From Monocercomonoides exilis PA203 (taxonomy: Eukaryota; Protista; Preaxostyla), in NCBI GenBank assembly GCA_001643675.2, contig LSRY02000033.1, positions 868,001-932,000 on the forward strand: a stretch of DNA of 64,000 nucleotides, written 5' to 3'. Shown here in pieces: positions 1-13,100 of the stretch. The notes beneath the pieces were generated by a model. The model did not search any database, was not told the DNA's origin, and saw only the letters and a program-made list of their open reading frames with translations. Numbering within the stretch: position 1 is the stretch's first letter; each line of letters begins with the position of its first letter. Made by a program: the position numbers and the translations under genes.

Positions 1-263
1 CCAACTCATCAGCATAAGCAATAAGAATATCAGTGTCATCATTAAAACACTCTAAAAGATAAGCCTTTAAAATTAACAAATCAATCTGTGAAATAAACGA
101 AAATACCTGGCAAAAAAGGAAGAAGTTCTTCTCTTGTTCTCTCTGGCCCAAGTGTCTTCGCAATAAGGCTTAAATGATGTATGGACTTAAGTTTTTGTGA
201 TCTATCATCTGATTTTAAACCATCAATAAATATTGCGGTCAACACAAATGTTTCCTCTTGCAT
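1..263 (-). CDS. PPP2R1A: Protein phosphatase 2A scaffold subunit A, 5' part (continues beyond left edge)
   Basis: Exon 1 (263-107) encodes AIFIDGLKSDD..KSIHHLSLIAKTLGPERTREELLPFL. GT-AG intron 106-52, then ECFNDDTDILIAYADEL. This matches HEAT repeats 1-2 of PP2A-A. Confidence 0.93.
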
Positions 264-435
264 TTTAATTTAAAACATACCTTAATTTTTTAATTTGATT
301 CAAAATTTTCAAAACTTTTTCTTTCACAAATAAATTTACAACCACTTCAAACATGGAACAAGTCGAAACTACTTCATCAATAATTGACCCATTATATTGT
401 ACTTCATATTTTCTATTATCGAAATACTTTGATAA

Positions 436-1135
436 ATGGAAAGAATTCCAGAAATTCGAAAATTAACTAATTTACTTGGGCATATCACGCAACAAGCTCA
501 GTGGATTAAGCTTATTCAAGCAGTAATGAATCAACACCGAAATGTCAAGAATTTCAATGCTGATATGCTTCACTCTGTTCGTTCAGAAACAGGTCTCAGT
601 GAAGAAGTGTTCAATAGTATATATACTGGTCTTTATTGCATGCTTGCACAGCTTATTCGAGATCATTGCCGAAAGCCAGATGAAAATCTTGAACAATTTG
701 TGATGGAGGACTTAAGCCCTCTTGGACTTCCAGAAAAATATGTCCAAATATTTGGCTCGGCATTTAAAACTTAGTTTGCTAAATTTTGGATTTGATAAAC
801 TTTTATTGAAATATTCATTTGAAAAATTTAGCGTAAAATCTTTACACCAATCTGCTCGGGATCGTGTTCCTAGACATCCATCTTTGAAGCTTTTTAGATG
901 GAGAACTGAAGTAGCTATTTCTACAAGCTCGTTAAATCGTCTTTTGCGTCCCTCTATACTTATTGAATTTACACTTTCAGACAAGCGAAAGCAGCTTTTA
1001 CAGATGGATTTGAAAATGTTTCATACTCTTCGTTTTGGGGTTGCATGTATGCTAAAAGAAATGAATGATATCGAACATGACCCACAAATTCAAAGAGATG
1101 TGAAAATTCTACCAGGAGTAACAGCAATGTACTGA
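436..1135 (+). CDS. COMMD5: COMM domain-containing protein 5
   Basis: Two exons (436-773, 832-1135) with intron gtttgc..ttag. The C-terminus FRWRTEVAISTSSLNRLLRPSILIEFTLSD...LRFGVACMLKEM matches the COMMD5 COMM domain. Start is uncertain: an upstream ATG at 353 is in another frame. Confidence 0.85.
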
Positions 1136-1489
1136 GTATTATTGATTTTTTTTAAAGCTCAATCTCTCTTTTCAGTTAACTTCTAAACTTAAAATATGAA
1201 AATTCATCTCACAAACTCCTTTTATTCACAGAGAGCAATTATTTTCCTTTCAATAATATGTTTTATTCTCATTAGCTTGCTTTTTTTTTTGCTTTCAACG
1301 TTAAAAAGAAAATTATTGATTATTTATCCAAAAAAATAACATTTAAATATAAGAAACATCACAAATTGAGCATTAATAACTGTTATTTAGTTGAAAACGA
1401 ATCAACTTAGTTTTAACCATAATATAAATAATCCATATGAAGTTTTTTACATAAAGGTTCGATCTGTACAAGGATCGAAAAAAAGTAAA

Positions 1490-3545
1490 ATGATCGGTGA
1501 ACAACCACATCAAATAATAGATGTGTGGGCATCCAACGTTGATGAGGAATTTGAGAAAATCCAAAAATTATTACCGTTATATCCTATTGTCGCAATGGTA
1601 TAACTAGATTTTTTACTCTATGTATTGTGTTGATAATTTATGTTTTTTTTGTTGTTTTTCACAAAAAATTTCAATTTTTTAGGACACAGAGTTCCCTGGA
1701 GAAGTCTACAGACCTATGCCATCGGGTGGAAGGAATTTAAATTACGAAAAGCTGAAAAAGAACGTGAATCAATTGAAGTTGATCCAACTTGGCCTCACAC
1801 TTGGAAATGAACGCGGAGAATTACCTGAAGGAGCATCGACATGGCAGTTTAATTTTAAGTTCAATCCAACCGAAGATCGGGGTGCTGAGAATTCAATTTC
1901 GATGCTGATTAAAGCTGGAATAAATTTTGATCAATTTGCAAAGGATGGTATTGATGTTCATTATTTTGCGCAGATGTTGACGACTTCCGGGTTGGTGTTG
2001 AATGATGGAATAACTTGGTTAACGTTTCATTCAAGTTCGGATTATGGATACTTGGTAAAATTGCTGACTAATGTTCCATTACCTTCATCAGAGGAGAAGT
2101 TTCTGAAAACATTGAGACTATTTTTCCCGCGTTGCTACGATTTGAAATTGGTTGCTCAGACAAGACGAAGTCTAAGCTTTTTGGGATCGGAACTTGGAGT
2201 AGTTAGAGTTGGACAAATGCACCAAGCTGGAAGTGACTCTTTATTAACATACAGCACTTATATTCGGGTGGTAAATTTATTTTATCAAGGGAAAATTGAA
2301 GTGGAAGGAATGAATGGAAAAATTGGTGGGCTTACTGACGATGATGTTGTCTTTTATGATAGCTTACTGAGTTTTTATGTAGCTCGAAAGAAATTTGAGT
2401 TCGAAGAGAAAATGGAGCGCCGTAAGAAAAGAAGAGAACGAAATGAGAAAAGAAGGAAAGTTTTATCAGAAGTGGAAGATACGTCCCGAGAAGAAAAAGC
2501 AAAAACGAAAGAGGAAAGCGATTCAGATAGAGAAAGAGAAATTACAGGTAAAAGCGGCTTTGCTGACTGGAGAAGAAAGATTAGCGAACGAGATAATTCG
2601 GCTGACAATGCTCGAAGTAGTTCCGAGTCATTTTATGACGACGAAAGAGATACATCAGATGATGAAAGCACAGACGTACATTTTGATGATATGGAAGCCA
2701 AAGAAGAGTTCTACATGAAGGTCGGAGGAGTGTTGCCAAATGAAATGTCACTGTTTGGAATGTCCCCATCTTCTGTGGGGATTAATCAGCAAATTGGCCG
2801 TTACGACATCATGGGATTGAGCGACGAAACAGGCGGAGCTGCTTATGACAGCTTAATTATGTCAGGAATGATGGTTGGACAAGATCCTTCACTTTCAAGT
2901 CATTCACCAACACAGATGCCACAAGGTTACGCTTCTCAAGGATTTACTGATGGAGCATCTGCTCAGCTGCAAAATATGATCATGTGCCAAATGGCTTCTT
3001 TCTCACCGTCTCCAACGCCTCTTACACAGATGCAGACCCAAAATGTGTCTCCTTACTCTCATAGCGGAATATCTCCACCACCACAGCAGAACTATTTGCC
3101 TCCAATGTCATATCAGCATTCCGGGTATCCATCCAGTTACACTCATAGTTTGTCTCCTTCATCATATGCATCATCAGTATCTCCTTCATCCTCATCCTCG
3201 ATGATACCAATGAGATCATCCCCCGATTACCCTCCAAGTATGACTACTCCACAGTCTTCCATTTCTTCCCAGGGAATCTCCATGCAACAGGTACGTACAG
3301 ATCAAACTCATCATCCAAGTATTCACCAAATGAGCAATTCTCTTTCGCAGACAAAGATTCACTCAATGTCATCGCTTACAGCGCATGCACATTCATTTAT
3401 CCCTTCATATGATTATACACACAGAGCTCCGATATCAACTTCACCATTGCCAACATCAGTCTCTCCTCCGAAGTTAATGACGAATCAGTTTTCTGAAATT
3501 CAGATGCACATGCCAGTTTCTGTTCCTGTGCCAGGCTATTTGTAA
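1490..3545 (+). CDS. CAF1: CCR4-NOT deadenylase subunit CAF1/POP2 (CNOT7/8) with long low-complexity C-terminal extension, ~656 aa
   Basis: Exon 1490-1597 (IIDVWASNVDEEF..IVAM), intron 1598-1682, then DTEFPG, LKLIQLGLT, WQFNF, WLTFHSSSDYGYL, YDLK and HQAGSDSLLT. The DEDD residues are intact. Confidence 0.95.
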
Positions 3546-4558
3546 CGTATGTAATTATGAACGCTTGATGCCCTCACGTTGATGTAAAGAAAGGAAATTT
3601 CAATCGTGCTTCGCTATATTTACATTATTTAATAGTTTATGTTAATGTCATTATTGTATCGAAGTAGTTTTTTTGTTCGAACTGCCGCTACATCGCGATT
3701 ATAATACATTAGCGTATTATAAGTGGATTCTATTGCAAGTTCAACAATTTCTATGTTTTGCTATATTCGTTATTTATGGCTTTTATACCATAACTTGCTT
3801 GTGACAGGCTGTTACGACATGTATTGGCAGGTCATTTTCTGTCAATTTGTTGACGACAAAAGCATCTTACAATGTTCTTTCTTGCTGAGTTTAGAATAGC
3901 GTCATTTGCGTGAGTGCATTCTTGTGTCGATGGCATTATCTATAAACATTTTTGTGTTTTTGGACGTGTGTAATATTTTTTCATTTTCCAAAAGAATGCC
4001 TCACCGATGATGCTTTTTTCTGAATAATTGGCAGGTTGCTTGCACGATGTTTTTTTTCACTTTAATTAATCATCTAATTTGTTTTGATGGTATAAAGTAT
4101 ATTTTTACTGTTGTTACAGTTTTTGTTACAGTTGTATCTTACCTTAGCTTTTTTACACCCTTTGCTTTTCCTTAAATATTGGTTGAGTTGTGGCGCTCTT
4201 TTTGAATGTTTTCAGTTTATTTTATTTCCATGCTACTGACTTTGTACAAGTTTTCGTTTGGTTTTTTACTTGTTGAAAGTGATTTGTTTTCACGTATTTT
4301 TATTTATTCATTCCGAGTTTTTCCGTTAAGTTTTATTTTGCTTTTATTTATATTATTTTAATTTATTTGTTCATTTTTATTTTGATTTTATTGTTAACAT
4401 CTTTTCTCTTCCTTTCCTAAAAAATACATAAATCACACATTCAAAATCTTCTTGTTCTTTTTGCATGTTACAGAAAATATTACAAAAAAGAAAATTTATG
4501 TTCAGAAATGAAACACAATAACACAAGTGAAATGAACGGAAAAGATGAAAGAGAGTTT

Positions 4559-5199
4559 TCACATCAAAATGGAGATTTGCCTGCTCATTTGTTGGTGCCA
4601 TTCCATTTCATATAACAATAGTGAAAATTGCTCGCGAAGAATTTCTGATTCAAGCCGAAAATGAAAATGATTCTGAAGAATGTATCCTTCAATTGTCTTT
4701 CCAAAGATGGCTTGCACAAAAATTGTTGCAAAGCCATACAATCCAAGTATAATAAGGCGAACATCAACAAACCTGAACAAAAATAAGCATTTTCAAGAAA
4801 AAAATAAAAAGAGTTGCAAACAGCGTTAGTAATACACTTATTATCATCATGGCAATTCCGTAAATTGACACAGCCTTATTTACGTCCTTTTCTTTTAATA
4901 ATTTTTGGAATCTAGGTTCCATGAGGAGAATCGTTGTCGAATACTGCAAGATGTTGCTTGTAGTATATTTTCGCATCTTTTCACTTGCTATTATTTTTCT
5001 AAAATTAAACAAGAAATATCTACTGAAATAACATACTTTTACCATATTTCTTCTGCCACAGCTCAGATGAAATGATTTCCGCTTTATTTCCAAGCTCCCT
5101 CGGTCTTAAATTTAGAGCTTTTCTCAAAAATTCTTTCCCCTTTGGGCTTTTAAGCGGAGGAATTACCGGGGCAGACGAACGAGATAATTCTTTTTTCAT
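4559..5199 (-). CDS. Hypothetical ~180-aa protein with two predicted transmembrane segments
   Basis: Exons 5199-5037, 4987-4822 and 4772-4559 join in frame via gtatgt..tag and gtttgc..cag introns. Hydrophobic stretches are AVSIYGIAMMIISVLLTLFV and LIILGLYGFATIFVQAIF. No family recognised. Confidence 0.6.
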
Positions 5200-5343
5200 T
5201 TAATAAAAGTAAAGGGCCAATATTCTGAACTTTGGAATTGTGTGATCTAACTGATCCAATTGTTTCGCCCAGTATGAGACACGCTTTGCTTTTGATCGAG
5301 CAGTTAAGCTTATTGTATTTAAAATATTTTAATATTCTTTAGA

Positions 5344-6627
5344 ATGCCACACACTCCACATAATCTCCAAAAACGTTTGGCTGCTTCTGTCATGAACTGC
5401 GGTATTCGCCGCGTATGGCTTGACCCAACCGAAATGGGACATATTACCATGGCCAATTCACGTTTGCACAGTTTATTTAGTGTTATTATACTTTATTTTT
5501 ACACCTTTATTCAGGTCACAACGTGAGAAAGATGATTCATGATGGTCTGATCATCAGAAAACCAACTCACGCTCCATCACGCACAAGAATTCGCAAGAGG
5601 GTTTATTATTATTATTTGAAATCGAATGTTTTTAATCTTTTAAACAATCCAATTTTATTGAAAAACATTACAGTTGGAAGCAAAGAAGAAGGGAAGACAT
5701 ACAGGAATTGGTAAACGTCGTGGTACACGCGAGGCCAGACTTAACAGCAAAGTTTTGTGGATGAGACGTATCCGTGTTCTTCGTCGTTTCCTCCAAAGAT
5801 ACAGAGATGCTAGAAAGATCGACAAACACTTATATCATGACCTGTATCTTAAAATCAAGGGTAATGTTTTTAAGAACAAGGTTTGTGACAATAAGCATTT
5901 CATACGAACCTGAAAACAATTTTTTCTTTCATGTTTTATTTTATTGTTACAATTTCTTTTTTCATAGAGAGTACTTCTTGAACACGTCATAAAGGCCAAA
6001 ACAGAGGCACAAAAGAGAAAGAGCGAAAAAGAACAAAACGATGCACTTCGCGCAAAGAATGCCGCAATCAAGGCAAAGAGAATGCAAAAAGCTGCAAAAA
6101 TGGACGGTATGGTTTCAATTGCTGAAGAAAAGGTTCAAACTGGAAAAGCTGCCAAGAAAGCAGAAAAGAAAGATGTCAAGAAAGTCGAGAAGAAAGTCGA
6201 GAAGAAAGAGGAAAAGCCTGTTGAAAAGAAAGTTGAAAAGAAAATTGAAAAGAAAGAAACCAAGCCTGTTGAAAAGAAGGAAGCAAAGCCAGCTGAAAAG
6301 AAAGTTGAGAAAAAAGTTGAGAAAAAAGTTGAGAAGAAAGATGAGAAGCCAGCACCAAAAGCAGCTGCCAAACCAGCACCAAAGAAAGAAGAAAAACCAG
6401 CACCAAAGAAGGAAGAGAAGCCAGCACCTAAAAAGGAAGTGAAAGCAGCACCAAAGAAAGAAGAGAAACCAGTAGCAAAGAAAGAAGAAAAAGCTGCTCC
6501 AAAGAAAGAACAGAAACCAGCACCAAAGAAAGAGGAAAAGCCAGCACCAGCAAAGGCACAAAAGCCAGCAGCAAAAACAGCAACAAAGCCAGCACCCAAA
6601 CAAGCTGCGAAAAAAACAGGAAAGTAG
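5344..6627 (+). CDS. RPL19: 60S ribosomal protein L19 (eL19) with long Lys/Glu/Ala/Pro repeat tail, ~356 aa
   Basis: Motifs [68 protein letters not shown]. Introns 5462-5514, 5601-5673, 5881-5967. Probable 5'-UTR intron ~5303-5342. Confidence 0.97.
6160..6615 (+). repeat. Degenerate coding tandem repeats (KKVEK and KPAPKKEE units) in the RPL19 tail
   Basis: Repeated gaaaagaaagtt and ccagcaccaaagaaagaagaaaaa-like units are visible in the DNA. Confidence 0.85.
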
Positions 6628-7118
6628 ATAATTACACTCAACCACTTCCTTTTTGAGTGTGGCAAATGGTTAAAAGCCAAAAAGTCGAAACAGGAAATGT
6701 AATAATTTTATGATATAATTTTTTTATTGTTATCCGAAACTTATCAAAACAAACAAAATCTATATCAAAAATTAAAAAGATTATTTTCACAAAAAATATA
6801 ATGTCTTGAGATCAAGTTTTATTATCATAATTATTTAATTATCGGGATATTAATTGAGATGTGAATAGCAATATGTAATATTTGCTATCCATAGAATTCA
6901 TTTACCAAGAATTAAATTTGTTATTATTGAAAAAATAATAAAAAGAAAATTTTTTTAAATTTAGTTATTTCTTTGAGCAAAGAAGCAGTTTTATTTCCTT
7001 GAAGCTACTTAGATGATGCAAGAATTTTCTTTATTATCGCATATCTGTGTTCTACTATTTTATCGGAAAATGACATGAAAAATGACGAGGTATTAAATAT
7101 TTGGCCCATATACATTGC

Positions 7119-10100
7119 ATGACGGAAAACATCGTTCTCAACGGAAAATTTCCCAAAAGCACAGCATTGTTACGGACGTTTTTAACTGTATTTAAACTCT
7201 TTTTATCTTGATTTTTTTTGAAAAAAATTTTTTATGTTTAATTTTTTGAAAGGATGCATTTGAAGAATTGAAACAAGCAAAATATGGAGTACACATACAA
7301 ATATTCGACAATTATTTGGACAATCTAATTTTTCAATTCGATAAAGAAGAAAGAGATATTCAGATTTTAGCATTATGCATTACTGTCGAACTACTCAGGC
7401 TTTATGCTCCACAAATACCATTTTCAGCATCACAGCAAATTGTTTGTCATTCATTGCACACATTATAGCAAAATTTTGTTTGACGATTCATTCATTCATT
7501 CATTTATTTGTAAATAATCATAATTGTTTTTGAAACATTTACAGATAGTGTTCAAAAAAATTCTGTGGTCATTTTCGATTTTGCAAGATCCAAAAGATTT
7601 TTTATATGAAAAGGTGTTTGAAGTTCTTCAGAAAATGGCAAATCTGAAGGCATTTGTGCTTCTTTTGGATATTGAAGACGAACACTTGATAAAGAAAGCT
7701 ATATTGACTTTTCTGTCAATTCCATCGTTTGCTTAAAAATAGTATTTAGAATTGAAAACATATTTTGTATCAGAGCCAGTAATTTTAATGCTTGTGCGAC
7801 GCATGCTATTGAAATCCTTTCAGATTTTTTGGATTCTATGGATGAAGTTTCTTCGTTTGTAATTGAACAGTTCTATTATAGATATTCAAGCGAAAATCAT
7901 GTTTGATTTTATATTTGTTAATTTTTGATTGTATTTGAACGAAACATTCATTTTTACGAATCCTTTGGAATTGAATAAAAATTCTTTGCTGATGATTCAA
8001 ACCTTGCAGATAACAAATCAAGAATATTCAAGACAAGTAACGTCGGCTGTCCTTCAGCGAAATGCACAGCTGTTTCAAAGGCCAGTTGCACACTATTTAC
8101 AGAAACGTTTATTTAAGTATGCTAAAATGGAACTTCGAACTTTGTCACCTCTTTAAATATTGCATGATTTCACAAAATAATTACATATTGTTTTTTATTT
8201 GAATTGGGGTTGTTCACTTGAATTTGAAAGCTCTTTGCAGATGAATGAAGAACCTGTGGTTGGAGCACTTCAGAAAGAAAATGCCAAATCAAAGAAAACG
8301 AAGCAAAAAAACGAAAGCAAGAAAAGCGAAAAGAAAACACAAAAAAGCAATCAGATTTCGGATGAATTTTATTTTGATGGGATGAAAGGCTTCTACGAAG
8401 CTGCGCCTTCAACTCTGTTTTATGTCTATCCACTTATCGAAGCAGAACTTTTGGTGTGCCTTTTTGAACTTGACAACAGCTCATTTAACTGAAATTTTTA
8501 ATTTATTTGTGAAATTACTCGATTTCAATATTTTTGTTTTTGGGATAATTAACATTTTGACACAAATTATTGTTCACTTCACACGACAATTCAAAACTTT
8601 CTGTGATTGATGCAATTTCTGTAAAAAATCGTTTCACATTTTCACTCTTTAGTCAGAAGACTCGGCCATTCGAATTCGCTTTGTGGAATTTATCTATCAG
8701 CTCTTTCGTTCCCCTGGCTCTTTGATGAAGCAATCAGAACATCTTACGCAAGTTTGTTCCGATTATTCTTTATTCTTTTTTGCTATTTTCATTATCAAAA
8801 ATTCATTGTTTAATTATTTGAAAACCGACCCATCCATCCTTCGATACAATTTTCTTTTCTTTTCTTTTTTTTCAGGTGTTTTTGAAGCGCATCACAGACA
8901 CTTACGAAGTTGTCCGCCTTTTTATGACAAATAATTCCATTTCAATTCTGAAACATGGAAAAGTTCTGGCTCAATCTTCATTCATTGAATCACTATTGCT
9001 TCGTTTGCTTTTGACACACACACATATTTTTTCAGTATTCTATTACAATCTTTTCATCTGTTTCTCTTCTCTGTCAATCTTTAATGAAATAATAACATTC
9101 ATCAATCAACATTCTTCCCTTTTTCACCTTCACAACAGCTGAGCTTCTGATGAGAACAGAAGATGCCAATGCCACAATACGCCTTTCAGCACTTGTTTCT
9201 GTTTCCTCTCTGCTTCTTCATCTCATCCAGCTTCCACCCTCAGCACAGCTTCCCAAGCAATCAGCACCTTCTTCCAGTCATTCAAACAAACAGGAACTTA
9301 ATTCATCGACTTTCCTGGTTTCTTCTCGTGTTTTGTCGCTTTTGAGTCTTCGAATGCGCGACAAAGCCAAACTTGTGAGAGATGTTGCATTTTCAGTGGT
9401 GTCACTTCTGTTTCTGTTGGCTTTTCATTCCACTCACATCGCATTTGCAACTGAATTAGCTGAAACACACTCAACAGCAGACACAATGCTTCATCCAGCA
9501 CCTTCTCCGTCACATTTGCTGTTTTCTCAAACAGACTCACATTCTTCCTTCGCTCTTCTTTCGCCTCATTTGCTCAGTCTTTTGTCTTCTCTCCTCTCAC
9601 AAACAACAATGTTTGAGTATCAATATCCTCTTATTGTTCTTATCGAAGATTATACTCTCCAAATGACCGACAATCCATTGAGCAGGGCATTTTGCTTGAT
9701 GCACTTGTTTCATCTGATAATAAAGTCATCTTCAGAGCTGACAAATCAAAAGTCTGTGCAAATGTCTTCAGCTTCAGCAATATCATCTGCTTCTCATTTA
9801 TCATCTTTTGAAGAACAATCATTTTCTTCTTCATCTTCTACAAATTATTCATTCTTTCACTTCTTTTTGCAACGACGTTCTTCTGTTGCAGAAGCAATAC
9901 AGAAATGGCTGCGTCAAAAGATTCAATCTCATCAGAATGACGAAAACACAAAAATGATTGAGAGACCAGAAGGAAGAAGCAAAAATGCAAGTAAAAATAA
10001 GAAATCAGCTTCAAGAAACAAGAAAGCTGTAAATTCAGAAAAGGATTCAGAGAATCAAACAAGCAGACTCCAAAAGAGAGGGAAACAGAACAAACTTGAT

Positions 10101-13100
10101 GTTTCCAGGTCAAAATCGAAAATACCAACTGAAGTTTCTTCGAGAAATGCAAAGAAACTGCAAAGAAATTTAACCACAACAGCTTCTCTTTCAGCTCTTC
10201 TTCGGCATTTCCCTCAGTTTTTGCCATCGATCGAGACAGAACCCAAAATTGAAGAGGCAAAATTTTATTCTTTGCCTCCATTTGTGCAGATGCTGATGCT
10301 GCTGGAAGACAATTTGGATGAAGAGCTTGCTGCTGGGTGGCTGAATGTGTCACTTATGTCGACACATCCAACAATGTTCCATTCAATGCAGTTGCTCAGA
10401 AACCAAATGGTTTGCTGGTGTTTGTTTTTTTTATGACTCTTGTTCAATAACGTGAAAATTTTAAACGTCATTTTAATAATCTTTGAATCCTTCATGCTTG
10501 ACTTTGTATTGACTCTTTTATATATTCGAATAGGCTGATCTTATTCGCAGACTCCTTCATTGCATATCTTCTGATCATCGTTTTGTGCCTTCTGTCCATT
10601 CGCAGCCTCTTGTTGAGCTTGTTCGTTGGAGTGTTTTTCTTCTTGTTGACTCTGAAATGCTCTCAGGACTCTTGGCAATGCTGCTGTCTTGCTTGGTTCT
10701 TGGAACTGAACCAGAAAAAGCTGTTGAAGGAACATTGAACAAGGAAATGAATGAATCATCAAGAAGAAAAGTGGAGAAAGGAAAAAAGGAGGAAAAGAAA
10801 GGAGGAAAAATAATGAAGAAGAAAGGAAATGATAACATTGACAAAGAATGGAAAGATAGGTTGAAGTTCTGGATTGGCTCAAATAAAAGAAACTTGATGA
10901 AAACAAGAAAGAATCAACAGTCTTTTGAAAGCAGTGAATTTGCTAATCGCAAATGTGCCTGCTGTTTGCTGGAGCCTCAATGGGAGCACAGATTTGGAGA
11001 CGAAGACGATGAAAGGAGACCGAAGGGAGATGAAGGCAACGAATGGGATTTGCTTTCGTCTTCTTCAGAGGAAAGCGAAGGAAGTGATGGTGATGAGACG
11101 GACAACGAGACTCAGCCTATTGGAAGTGAGAGAAGCAGAAGCCTTCTGAGGAATTACTCAAGCTTCCACTCATTCAGATTGTCGTTGCAAGAGGAAGAGG
11201 AAGGAAACAGAGAAGATGAACGAAAAGAGAAGAAGAGGAGAAGGCAAAGAGAGAAGGAGATATTGAAAAGAAGCCAAAGAGATGATGAAGAGACAATCTT
11301 GTTTATTTCTTCTGAAATGGATGTGTTTCGATCATCGATGAAACATCTTGTCAAACACACTTCTGAAAGCGACAGATCTTCAGATGAACTGTCAGATGAG
11401 GAGAATAACAACATGCCACACGATGAAGATGAAGAATCACTCTCAGAGGAATCGAGAGAGAAAACGGAGAGAAAGACAAAGAAGAAGAAAGTTAATAGAA
11501 TGAAAAGCATAAATAAGAAAAGGAAGAATAAAAAAGAGAGTGAAGATGACAATTCATCTTCTGATTCAAAAGAAAATTTACTCAAAAGACGAAAAATAGA
11601 TGATGATCTTGAAGAAGAAGAAGAAGAAGAGCAAAATGACCAAAACTCTCTTTCTTTGCCTCGCTCATTCAGCCACTCTTTTGCACCAACACAAAGTGCC
11701 ATGCAACTTCTGTGGCTGCGCCAGGCAGAACAGATTATGCCATTTGCAGAAGAGATAATTCATTTGATTGACGTATGCGCCATCTATTTGAATGCACCAT
11801 TTACTTAAAATTACAAAATATAACTTATTTTTTTGGGCAAAAAAATAAATTTGTAGTTAATCGCAACGTTCTTCCCGTATTTATTCATTCCATTGACAAC
11901 TAGAGACGAATCACATGTTGAAGCATCAAATCCTTCTTTGGATGAATCAAGCCCTGAAAATGAAAACAAACAGAAAAAATCTGGAACAAAAAAACGAGAA
12001 AGCAAGTCATCTCATAGAAACAGCGCTTTGCTGATACAAAGTGAAAATGAAGAAGATGCCATTTTGTCGGATTCATCCAGCAGCGAATTTGTATTTGAAG
12101 AAAATCGAAGCGTAAATTCTGGTTATTCTGATAAAGTTCTGTTAAATAAACCAAAAAACTTGGTGGAAGGGCTTTTCATTGTGCATCCATTTGTTTGTGT
12201 GAAAGAGATGTCTCAAACAATGGATTATCAAAAGAGAACAATTCAAGAGATTGTTTTTCCATCTTCCACAAACAAAACTCGCGAAAATTCTGCAAAGAAG
12301 TTATCAACAGGCCAATTGAATAGCGAAATGACTCAACCAAAAATTGTGACAGAAATAAGAGTTCTTTCGGCTGCTTCTCTTTCAAACACACACCATTCTT
12401 CCTCAACAGCAACAGATGGTCAACTGCTGACAACAACTCATCCATCAACAACTTCACCGTCAATATCTTCTGTTCAGCCATCTGTTAGAGCATTACATGA
12501 ATCTCTTTCCACACTATCAGACAGATTCTGGATTGAGTGCATCAAAGAAGACATTCAATATGCATTTTTAGCAGGGCAGTCAGATAAACAAAGAAAGCAG
12601 ATCACTCCTGTTTCTGTTTCTGTTTCTGTCACTGTTCCTGATGATTCCCTTGAATCTTCTGATAACGTTGAATTTATAAACAGAAAACATAAGCTGTCCC
12701 CACAAATAATAATAAACATGTTTCTCTCTTTAATTCAATGTGATAGTCGCTTGAAATCTCTCAAGTTTCACATGATCCATTTTCTTCGTAAGCTTGCTGA
12801 AATTCAACTTCCTCAATTTTTGGTTCCATTGCTCATATCTGAAAAGGAATCGAATGGAAAATATTCAAAAGGGAAACAGAAGGCTAAAGGATCTTTCAAG
12901 CAAACAACTTCAGATTATTTGTCTGTTCAAAACATTTCAAAATTGAAAACTCGATTCTCATCAACCCTTTTCTCGTATTCCAATCGAATTTCACTTGTTT
13001 TGCCTTCAGCATCGCTTGTTCTTAACAGCAACAGAGACCTTCACACAACATCTGTTTGCTGCTCCATGCTGCTTTCTTTGGTCCCTCGTTCTGCCCAGCA

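Noticed and set aside
353-467. Upstream ATG as an alternative COMMD5 first exon
   Set aside because: No GT-AG intron joins it in frame to the 436 ORF, and the candidate promoter motif at 388 favours ATG 436.
5091-5190. Minus-strand sequence resembling a spliced-leader or Sm-class snRNA (stem with CG|GUAAUU, second stem, AAUUUUUGA, terminal hairpin)
   Set aside because: It lies wholly within an ATG-initiated open exon (5199-5037) that splices in frame to the downstream 2-TM gene, so coding is the simpler explanation. Small-RNA data or leader sequences on mRNAs would be needed to revive it.
6115-6680. Antisense Phe/Cys/Trp-rich ORFs opposite the RPL19 tail
   Set aside because: They are reverse complements of the Lys/Glu/Pro repeat.
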